Part shown: positions 55,988 through 64,000 of the stretch, in pieces
Numbering within the stretch: the stretch's first letter is position 1
Layout: the number at the start of each line of letters is the position of its first letter
IMG/VR virus record: IMGVR_UViG_3300045988_102008
Span: 1 to 64,000 of that record
DNA from: a virus
Length of the DNA stretch: 64,000 nt
Direction: 5' to 3' (one strand)
Program-made: the position numbers and the translations under genes
Notes under the pieces: model-generated
Told to the model about the DNA's origin: nothing
What the model saw: only the letters and a program-made list of their open reading frames with translations
Databases searched by the model: none

Positions 55988-56032
55988 CCCAAATTATAAC
56001 TATGAAAAAACTATATTATATATATACAAAAA

Positions 56033-58291
56033 TTATTTGCATTCTAATTTGTTAAGATCATCCAATTCAGACTTGCTTATGGTCATATCTTGCGTCAAGC
56101 CAGATCTGTTTTGGTATGGAGCGTAATCGGTTTCTACTGTCTTAGCCTTCTGGGTAGAATCGTATTTCACCTCCGATTCGGTCCCTGTCAGATTTTGGTA
56201 GATAGAGCCGGAACTACTTTCGCTTACTTTAGACCATATCTTATTACCTACTCTTATAAAATTATCATAAATACCTTCGGCTGTTATAACACCATCTTGC
56301 TCTACGATATTAGGGCCCGATTTTTCTTTTAACAGATACGGGTGCCTGGTGTAAAAATAGTGTTCAAAATCATTCCCGGCATACGAAGAGTCATACTTCT
56401 CCAAATAAAACAATTCTGATAAAAAAGGGTCGGTACTGGTCATGCTATAATCAAACAACATCAACCTGTCTTTTCCAGATAAAGATAATTCTATTGATTT
56501 CAAAATATCAGGATCATCAGAAATAAGACCCAAAGATGGACCAGGTTTGAAGTCAAGATACTTATAGGCATTATCATATAATTTTGTTTTATGGAGTTTG
56601 TTGTCAAGGTAAGATTGGTATAAATCGAATAAGGATAATGGGTTTTCGCTATCTTGTTTTTTGTTCATGTACCGACTAAATTCCCGATCCACATCCACAT
56701 AAGGGACGCTGGGTACCGCCGGATGCCCAAACGCCAGCCTGGTCATTATCATGTCCTCCGTGTTCTGAGAATCCATAAACGATCTGACGTATTTTTTTAT
56801 AGAATCCATGAGCGTATTATCATCTACGTTCCATACTTTCTCTTTATCCAAAACGCCGTTCTTAAAACAAGATTCAGGATATATTTTAGCGGGGAAGTAA
56901 GTTTGATTGTGCTTAGCCAATGCCGTTGATATTTGATACATATCATTAAGATCATCTTTATTGATCCTTTGATATAAATTATCTTCCACCTTAAGCAATG
57001 AGTGCTTCTCAAATGTTTCTACTGGATCTATATCGGATTCAGAATAAACGATATTCAAATTATCCATATTCTCTGGTAACGATCTAAAATAATAATCTGT
57101 ACTATCACCAAGAACATCATCGATAGAAGATGCCAGCGTAGGAGCATAATTCACATCATTGTGCCTGGCCACATAAATATCAAGATCCAGCATCAAATTA
57201 TCTATCTTAGCCAAAGATTCTTCTGTGCCATCATAAGCCTCTGACGCCCCTATTATATCTATGCCAAACCACATACAAGCCTCTTCTATATCCCATATCA
57301 TGCTTCTTAAATCAGATTCGGTGTCAGCATTAACCCTATTTAAATAAGCTGATATACGAGCTCTTAGAAATTCTATTTTACCGGGATTATAATAAGACAG
57401 GTCTTGTAGCTTAGATAAAGACCTTTTCTTTCCTTCTACCACATCATCGCCTTCTATGTTTATTACCGGCATTTTTTTCATAGATGAAAACTCATCAAAC
57501 ATAGATTCAGCAAATTTTTTATCAGAAACAAATTTCTCGACCAGCTCAGGATACAGGTTCCTCAACGATTCAAAAGCAGATGAAAATTCAGAAAAGTTTT
57601 TTATGCCGCCTACTGTTTTGCACATAGCCCAATAAAGCTCAGAAGGATTATATGGTACTTTTTTACCAAATTGGTTAAACACTCCCTCCTTGTAAACAAT
57701 AGGACCATACTGATAGCCAACAGACATAAAATAATTATCCTTTTCCCTATCATGTTCGTTAATAGAACAATCTATTAACTTTCTCATGGAAGTCGAAACC
57801 TCATTTAAAACAGAAGGATCGGATAAGATACGACTTATCTCTGTTTCATCATACAAACCGGATCTCCTTAATTTCTGCTCATTCAGTATCAAACTGCCAT
57901 CTACATAAAAATCGAAGAGGATAGCATTAGACAATGAAGACGCATTGAAAAAATAATGAGTAGACAAAAGGAAATCCCTTACATCCTTAATGTCCTGAGC
58001 CGTTAAAGGATCAGCAAAATAAGTCTGACGCTTCATATACGACAGCACGTCTTCTAAAAGAGGTTCGCCATTGGGATCGGTATTAAACATCTCCCCTGGA
58101 GCCGGGTTATTCCAATGACCGTAATACGACAAAAAACCAGGAGTGTAAGCCTTAGCCCATACCTGAAGAGCCCGCTCACTGTTTCCTAATACCTTTAAAG
58201 CACTTTCGTAAAGAACGGAAGGCTCCCCGTTAGGAGCCTCAACCCGTTCTATTTTATTTTCCTTCTTTTCTATCTGACATTTGACACCCAT
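56033..58291 (-). CDS. Large hypothetical protein (752 aa), putative virion protein
   Basis: Uninterrupted ORF with an ATG start. No recognisable motifs. Confidence 0.75.
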   Translation of the reverse strand: MGVKCQIEKKENKIERVEAPNGEPSVLYESALKVLGNSERALQVWAKAYTPGFLSYYGHWNNPAPGEMFNTDPNGEPLLEDVLSYMKRQTYFADPLTAQDIKDVRDFLLSTHYFFNASSLSNAILFDFYVDGSLILNEQKLRRSGLYDETEISRILSDPSVLNEVSTSMRKLIDCSINEHDREKDNYFMSVGYQYGPIVYKEGVFNQFGKKVPYNPSELYWAMCKTVGGIKNFSEFSSAFESLRNLYPELVEKFVSDKKFAESMFDEFSSMKKMPVINIEGDDVVEGKKRSLSKLQDLSYYNPGKIEFLRARISAYLNRVNADTESDLRSMIWDIEEACMWFGIDIIGASEAYDGTEESLAKIDNLMLDLDIYVARHNDVNYAPTLASSIDDVLGDSTDYYFRSLPENMDNLNIVYSESDIDPVETFEKHSLLKVEDNLYQRINKDDLNDMYQISTALAKHNQTYFPAKIYPESCFKNGVLDKEKVWNVDDNTLMDSIKKYVRSFMDSQNTEDMIMTRLAFGHPAVPSVPYVDVDREFSRYMNKKQDSENPLSLFDLYQSYLDNKLHKTKLYDNAYKYLDFKPGPSLGLISDDPDILKSIELSLSGKDRLMLFDYSMTSTDPFLSELFYLEKYDSSYAGNDFEHYFYTRHPYLLKEKSGPNIVEQDGVITAEGIYDNFIRVGNKIWSKVSESSSGSIYQNLTGTESEVKYDSTQKAKTVETDYAPYQNRSGLTQDMTISKSELDDLNKLECK

Positions 58292-58357
58292 GTTATGAAA
58301 AATATTAAATTCAATAAAATCTATTACATTTCTTTATAAGTTTCGGAATGTACCTTC

Positions 58358-59539
58358 TTAACAAAATACATTCGTAATCCTTACCGGGTTAAACAATAAC
58401 CCTCTATCGATTATCCTACGAATTGATTCACAAGAATCACCGACTACTTTTCTCATAATGTTTAATGCTCCATTTACATCGGCATTAATGAGCTTTCCTG
58501 TAGAGGATTGAAATAATCCTCGTTTTCTCCTTTTTCCTAAATAGTTTTCATGTTTTCCTATCTTCTCAAATGCAAGAGAATCACATTTTGAAGTATATGA
58601 TTCTTCATTGATAACTATTTCAATACCAGCTAATTCACATTTGTATTCTAAGTAACTAACTAATCTCGCAAAAGGGATTTGGGTAAACTTTTGGTTATTC
58701 TTTTTACCTATATTTACATTTTGTTTCCATCCCTTGTTATAGCCTACAACTAATTTTGTTATCTTGGAATCGATAAGTAAATCAACTATCTTTCTACTGA
58801 TTTTATGAAAGACATCTTCTATGTACTGTTCTCTATCATAATATAATTTCTTCATTCGTTTCGTTATCCCTTTTATCTTTTGTAAATCCTTGATACTATT
58901 TAATTTAGCAAGTATTTTATTAAATAATTGATTGTATGATTTAACAAATTTACCGCTAAATAGAACAGTAAAATATTCACTAACTAATGTTACAAGATTG
59001 TTTATTCCTAAATCAATGGAAGCTATTTTCTCTTCTCTACCTTTAGACACTTCAGTATCTTTTACCTCATAAATGATTTCTATCTTATATCCACACGCTA
59101 ACGGTTTTATTCTAATCTGCTTGAAATCTTTTATCAAATCAGAATACTTCTCATATTGAGGAATGGGTATTGAAATATCTTTTGATAGGATTATTTTCCC
59201 ATCTTTTATTTTGCAACTCTGGCTCGTGTAATACAAATTGAACTCAGAACCTCTCTTTTTGTAATTTGGAAGACCTGGTTTTTCTTTGTATTTATTATGA
59301 TTTTTCTTATAATCTTGGACAGATTTGTAGTAACCTTTAATGTTTTTATCAAGAATACGAAGAACTTGTTGTGAACATTGCGCCTTTAATAATCTATAAT
59401 TAATATCTCCATCCAAGTTCTTAGTATTCTTCATGATAGTATCAAGTTCAAAATAAGATAACCACTTATCTTCTTTAGAAAGTGTTTCTCTGAAAATATA
59501 TAACGCCTGATTGTACAAGTTATTGCTAATCTTGCACAA
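58358..59539 (-). CDS. tnpB: TnpB-like RuvC-fold nuclease (IS200/IS605 OrfB family), zinc finger absent
   Basis: RuvC-I IASIDLGINN, RuvC-II IVINEESYTSK, RuvC-III LINADVNGALNIMRKV. N-terminal QQVLRILDKNIKGYY region. TTG start only. No CxxC...CxxC zinc finger. Confidence 0.7.
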   Translation of the reverse strand: MCKISNNLYNQALYIFRETLSKEDKWLSYFELDTIMKNTKNLDGDINYRLLKAQCSQQVLRILDKNIKGYYKSVQDYKKNHNKYKEKPGLPNYKKRGSEFNLYYTSQSCKIKDGKIILSKDISIPIPQYEKYSDLIKDFKQIRIKPLACGYKIEIIYEVKDTEVSKGREEKIASIDLGINNLVTLVSEYFTVLFSGKFVKSYNQLFNKILAKLNSIKDLQKIKGITKRMKKLYYDREQYIEDVFHKISRKIVDLLIDSKITKLVVGYNKGWKQNVNIGKKNNQKFTQIPFARLVSYLEYKCELAGIEIVINEESYTSKCDSLAFEKIGKHENYLGKRRKRGLFQSSTGKLINADVNGALNIMRKVVGDSCESIRRIIDRGLLFNPVRITNVFC

Positions 59540-59722
59540 AGATGATATATTTTCATTCTGACCTATGTTGAACTTATATACTAATCTTATGATTTTTAAT
59601 ACATTAAATGCTGTTTACAAATCATACATCTAAGATACGAATTACATTTGTATTACAGAATAGAATCTATTATTTTTAATGTTATTTTGCACCATAGTGA
59701 TAAATATTTTAGGCAAAGTTAA

Positions 59723-60253
59723 TTATAAAACCGACTTATACAATGACGGATCCCAAACTCCTTCTATATAAATCTCTGGAAAACTCAAACTGCCATCACG
59801 AAGAGTGGTAACTTTCAAACTGGGAATGTTAAGAACAGTGCTAACATCACTAAACTCACCATTCAACTTAATAGCATTTCCACTATTATCAGCTTCATAA
59901 TAATAATAACAATAATTTTCATTAAGACTCGGATCATATTCGTACCAATATGTTAGATCTTGCATATGGTCTTCTATATTACCAATTTTATTTCCACCTA
60001 ATATAAAAATACCATTATTGCTATGATGATAAACCGTAGATTCATAATTACCATAATTCCAGTCACTATTAAACACTATATCACTGACATCGGAATCATG
60101 ATCTTTTAATACAGGCCCTATATGTATATGGATTTTATTAAACTGACATACATAAGGTCTTTTTCCTCCAAGCCTTTTTATATCTTCATTGGATAACTTA
60201 TTATAACATCCTCCCACAAAATTATCCGCAGCATTAAAAAATCTCCTTCTCAT
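59723..60253 (-). CDS. Hypothetical protein (ATG at 60253)
   Basis: The ATG lies 2 nt after the upstream stop. The track start at 60262 is GTG. Confidence 0.5.
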   Translation of the reverse strand: MRRRFFNAADNFVGGCYNKLSNEDIKRLGGKRPYVCQFNKIHIHIGPVLKDHDSDVSDIVFNSDWNYGNYESTVYHHSNNGIFILGGNKIGNIEDHMQDLTYWYEYDPSLNENYCYYYYEADNSGNAIKLNGEFSDVSTVLNIPSLKVTTLRDGSLSFPEIYIEGVWDPSLYKSVL

Positions 60254-60255
60254 AC

Positions 60256-63200
60256 TCAACACTCCTTGTTTAACTCATTTATCGAATCCGAATTATCAGA
60301 ACCTTCTACAAGATTCTTATTCCTATCTATCTCTTCCTGGCTCATGTTACTCATCATATTTTGTATTTTTCTACCAGATTGAGATAAAGAACGGATGAAT
60401 GCGCTGGAACTTATCTTAACTCCAAGATCCGGTTTTGCCCTAAACGCTTCACCGGTACTGATATTATACAAATCATACACACCTGAGTTCATATAGAATT
60501 TATATATCCAGTTTCCACCAGCTTTTTTGTACCCTAATTTGGTTAACTCGACTACACTCATACCAAATTTAATGCCATTACGACCCATTATCTTCTCCGG
60601 TATAGGTTCTACCTTAGCCGGAACAGATGTATATGCTTCATCGCCGCCGTACAGGAAATAAGGGGTTGTCACCCTTGATATGTGAGTAAGCGACTCTTCG
60701 GACATACGAAGCTCATCTTTCTCAGCCTTAGATTCTTTCCTTGGATTGGATATTCTAATAAAAGGATCGTATGTCAAAAAGGTTAAGCCGTATTCTACTT
60801 TATAACCCGACACGCCGTTAAGATCCCTTATAGCCTTAGTCGTATGCGAGTGATTGATGGTGTCTATACCATACCTTGATTCCATATCGGTCATAATACT
60901 ATTAACCTCATCTCCCTCTACATAAACCTCTTCTCCTTCCGGGATAGAGGTTATGCCGGCAGCCCTTCTAAGTAGCCATAAAGTAACTTCAGCAATGTCA
61001 GAGAACTTATCTCCGTTCTTCCTATAGTTATCTACTCTTCCTTCTTCAGATCCAGGTAATTCGACATTTCTTTCAACTTCGACATTTGTTCTGGATTGTC
61101 CTTTGCCTTCTCCATCTCCCTTTTTATCGCCATCTTCCTCAGTGCGTACTGCACCGCCTTCTGCACTTCCTTCTTTTCCATTATTTAAAATATTATCTGA
61201 TTCTGACTCTATAGACTCCACAACAGCATCATACTCTGGAATGCCGCTAAGGAAATCTGCTACGTTATTCAAAAACTCTATTTTTTCCTCGTTTGTCATA
61301 TCAAGGCTTTCCACGGGCCCCCATATGGCGGGCAAGTTGTTTGATTTTATTACAGTAGAAACATCTTCTATAGTTTGGTTGTCCACCGTAGGCAAAACTT
61401 TAGAAACCAAACTATTGATATCAGATTCCATTTTTTCTACTTCCTCTTTTGTGCCATATTCTTTTAGGGTATCCATGCCATTGACTCTAAGAGAATAATT
61501 CAAAGCCTTGCTTGGAACAAAATTAATATATTTCAAAAAGTTTTTCAACTCTGATATAATTTGTTCGTCAGATCTTGGCCCAACATAATCCTCGACTACC
61601 TGATCTGTTTGAGAACGAAGCCAAGAAACGTATTCTTCTAAAGTCTTACCACCTTTACCGGAAGGAGTGGATATTTTATCACCTACTGTTCCTTTAGGTT
61701 CTAATCCCATTTCCTCCTTAAGACTTTTAGGATTACCTCTCTCACGAAGAAATCTCAAATCACCTCCTACAATCTTCCTTGCTATAAAATCAAAAATATT
61801 AGCATAAGGCGGCAATCCCTCTTTTTCTATATGAGATTCTATTTCGTTTAACATAAGAGAGAAGTTTTTCCTGGAGGTACGCTTCTTGCCAGGTAAAGAC
61901 TGCGCATCTTGTGCCGCAGGAGCCGGCTGAGCTAATGGCGCCGGCTGAGTCTCCCGGGCAGCCCCTTCCTCTGGCATTTCCTCTTCATAAACTTCCACAT
62001 CTTCTACCTTAGAAGTAACGGTCTTACCCTCATCAGAGAAAGGAAGATCATCCTCTATAAGCGATTTAGGCCTGGAAGATGATTTGCCAAACTGAATCCT
62101 GATCTTAGGAGCGACAAACATCTCACCTTCGAAATCTATTCCAGATTCTACTTCAGACGTCACAATGTCTTTCACGCTCCTACTTCCATCTTCTACCCAC
62201 TTAACAACATCAGGAACCGTAGATAATTTTTCTATAGCCTCACGAGCTTTTCTAAGCCCTGAAATAGGATTCAAATACGATACTTGATACGAAGCCGGAT
62301 CAAGACCTAACTTGGTTAGATACGCATTAAGATCTTGTATGTCATCTTGACCCATCTGTAGCAATTCAGAATCACCAGATTCAAGCAGCATATCTATAAA
62401 AGACATCCATTTCTGCCCTTCCTCTGATTCTACAGAACGTAGGCTAACTGGGAAAAGATAATTAAGACCGTTTTTACCTTTGATGACGACTACCGGAACT
62501 CTTACATTTTTGTAATTATTCCCCTTGTCATTTAATATAGAATAAGCAAATGGGAAGCCTGTGTATTTAGATCCGTTCTTAAGCATGACTTTGCCATTTA
62601 ATACATATCCAACATCAGATACTTTTTCAGCACCTTTTTCGGTAATAGGGAGATTTTCTACCTGACCATATCCTTGACCGTTCACCTTCATGTTAAACAC
62701 CGGTCTTCCGGGAAGGGTCTGGGCAACAACATGCGTGCCGACGCCGATGGTAGCCGACCGGCCGGCGTCCTTCTTCCACTTGTTAAAAGCCGTTCTTCTT
62801 ATTTTACTTATACCATCTATGCCTCCTGTATCAGCTTTTACAACAGAAACGAATCTGTTCCCACTCATGACCTTGATAACCATATTGGACACCAGTTTAT
62901 TCTCAGCAGATTCTATTCTTTTTTTATCGCCGGACTGAACAGCATCATTGTATTCGGCAAAAAGAGACTGATTATAAGTATCATTTACATCTATTTCGAG
63001 ATTAACCTTATCTCCTTTTTTCAAAGAAGATAATGCTTCCTGATCTATTTTATCTACCTCATTCTCTCCGAATCCGACACCCGTTCTGTACGGAACCAAT
63101 TCATCTGAATCAAGACGCTTATAAACCAAAGAATAGGAATTACCCACGTCCTGAATAGACACGTCTGTGTAACGGTTAAGAACACGAGCCGATTCTTTGT

Positions 63201-63996
63201 CTATAGACCATCTCGCATGATAAGGAAGTTCTATCACGGTAGCTGTTTCTCCACCTATGTTAAGGAAATACCTTTTAGTCCCATTAGCGTTCGTTTCAGA
63301 GCTTATTTGAATAGGAACCAATGATTTTATAGAAGATATAAATTTATCGGCTCTAAGACCCGCAATTTCATACCTTTCGTTGCCATCGTTGGATATTCTT
63401 CTAACCATCAACGTCTCTGGATTTTGGGCACTATCTATGTTAGCTCCAGGCGTATTATCGGATTCATCTAACTCATTTACAAGAGAATCTATATTGGTAT
63501 CATCCTCCCCAAAATTACTTAACGTAGATTCGGAAATACGACCTTTATCAATAATCCTGTTTTGTTCGATATAAGGAAGGAGATCTGTGATGTTTCCAAC
63601 CTGGCCAAGATCTTCTATGGTAAATACCGAATCGGCAAGCTTATCTTCGTCAACCTTCTCCCCTTTATCCCGTCTGTTCATTATATCAACATACGAAGAA
63701 ATAGCATCATCAAGTTCCTTCCTTTGATCTGGTTCTAAATTGGATTTAGCCATATCAATAATAGCTTTATTATCCTCATACACAGATCTCGGACTTGTAA
63801 GCCTATCAGCCTTCTCAGATAATGATTTTATGAGATTAACAGGACTGTCACCCAAAGATGATACATAATCATCAAAATCTTGTTTGTATTTATCATACAC
63901 ATCTTTTTCTCTCGCAGTAAGAAGATCAGCATTGCCTGTATATAGTTTATCAATTATAGACTGCCTTACGGCCGGAACCATAATAGGATTATCCAT
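60256..63996 (-). CDS. Large acidic protein (1246 aa) with a Pro/Ala/Gln linker; putative virion protein
   Basis: ATG at 63996, 4 nt from the window edge. Uninterrupted 3.7-kb ORF. Cysteine-poor. Confidence 0.8.
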   Translation of the reverse strand: MDNPIMVPAVRQSIIDKLYTGNADLLTAREKDVYDKYKQDFDDYVSSLGDSPVNLIKSLSEKADRLTSPRSVYEDNKAIIDMAKSNLEPDQRKELDDAISSYVDIMNRRDKGEKVDEDKLADSVFTIEDLGQVGNITDLLPYIEQNRIIDKGRISESTLSNFGEDDTNIDSLVNELDESDNTPGANIDSAQNPETLMVRRISNDGNERYEIAGLRADKFISSIKSLVPIQISSETNANGTKRYFLNIGGETATVIELPYHARWSIDKESARVLNRYTDVSIQDVGNSYSLVYKRLDSDELVPYRTGVGFGENEVDKIDQEALSSLKKGDKVNLEIDVNDTYNQSLFAEYNDAVQSGDKKRIESAENKLVSNMVIKVMSGNRFVSVVKADTGGIDGISKIRRTAFNKWKKDAGRSATIGVGTHVVAQTLPGRPVFNMKVNGQGYGQVENLPITEKGAEKVSDVGYVLNGKVMLKNGSKYTGFPFAYSILNDKGNNYKNVRVPVVVIKGKNGLNYLFPVSLRSVESEEGQKWMSFIDMLLESGDSELLQMGQDDIQDLNAYLTKLGLDPASYQVSYLNPISGLRKAREAIEKLSTVPDVVKWVEDGSRSVKDIVTSEVESGIDFEGEMFVAPKIRIQFGKSSSRPKSLIEDDLPFSDEGKTVTSKVEDVEVYEEEMPEEGAARETQPAPLAQPAPAAQDAQSLPGKKRTSRKNFSLMLNEIESHIEKEGLPPYANIFDFIARKIVGGDLRFLRERGNPKSLKEEMGLEPKGTVGDKISTPSGKGGKTLEEYVSWLRSQTDQVVEDYVGPRSDEQIISELKNFLKYINFVPSKALNYSLRVNGMDTLKEYGTKEEVEKMESDINSLVSKVLPTVDNQTIEDVSTVIKSNNLPAIWGPVESLDMTNEEKIEFLNNVADFLSGIPEYDAVVESIESESDNILNNGKEGSAEGGAVRTEEDGDKKGDGEGKGQSRTNVEVERNVELPGSEEGRVDNYRKNGDKFSDIAEVTLWLLRRAAGITSIPEGEEVYVEGDEVNSIMTDMESRYGIDTINHSHTTKAIRDLNGVSGYKVEYGLTFLTYDPFIRISNPRKESKAEKDELRMSEESLTHISRVTTPYFLYGGDEAYTSVPAKVEPIPEKIMGRNGIKFGMSVVELTKLGYKKAGGNWIYKFYMNSGVYDLYNISTGEAFRAKPDLGVKISSSAFIRSLSQSGRKIQNMMSNMSQEEIDRNKNLVEGSDNSDSINELNKEC

Positions 63997-64000
63997 AGCA

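Noticed and set aside
61103-63574. + strand ORFs inside the 1246-aa gene (61103..61498, 62674..63033, 62690..62938, 63380..63574)
   Set aside because: Antisense to a long uninterrupted - strand ORF, with Ser/Pro-rich artefactual translations.

Overview
This window reads as a dense, intron-free viral (tailed-phage-like) genome segment with two opposed transcription blocks. Bases 277-41938 carry about 95 tightly packed, mostly small + strand genes, many joined by ATGA/TAATG overlaps. Among them is a recognisable DNA replication and nucleotide-metabolism set: a zinc-ribbon/TOPRIM-like putative primase, a DnaB-family helicase, an SF2 DExH helicase, two PD-(D/E)XK nucleases (one Cas4-like with a 4-Cys cluster), and a dATP/dGTP pyrophosphohydrolase-like protein. 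The same block also holds many small Cys-rich or zinc-ribbon proteins, a minimal nucleotidyltransferase, a small ABC-type ATPase, and an unexpected ACP / NfeD / flotillin (SPFH) trio. Bases 42307-64000 are a - strand block of very large, cysteine-free proteins (2140, 1246 and 752 aa) and low-complexity proteins (a Gly/Asn/Cys-rich protein with a transmembrane segment, and an RG/RE-rich protein). This block also contains a TnpB-like RuvC nuclease with no zinc finger and no ATG start, and a protein carrying a C-terminal DUF2829 (Tad2-like) domain. Convergent intrinsic terminators lie between the two blocks at about 42060-42170. Good Shine-Dalgarno sequences (AAGGAGG) precede many starts, and GTG/TTG starts occur, so a Gram-positive-like host is more likely than Bacteroidetes. 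Non-coding points of interest are a tandem ~51-bp repeat array at the window start, two paralogous tRNA-like T-arm elements, and several long hairpin-rich intergenic regions. Every functional call is a motif-level reading by eye; no database searches were run. No structural protein (capsid, portal, terminase) could be identified.
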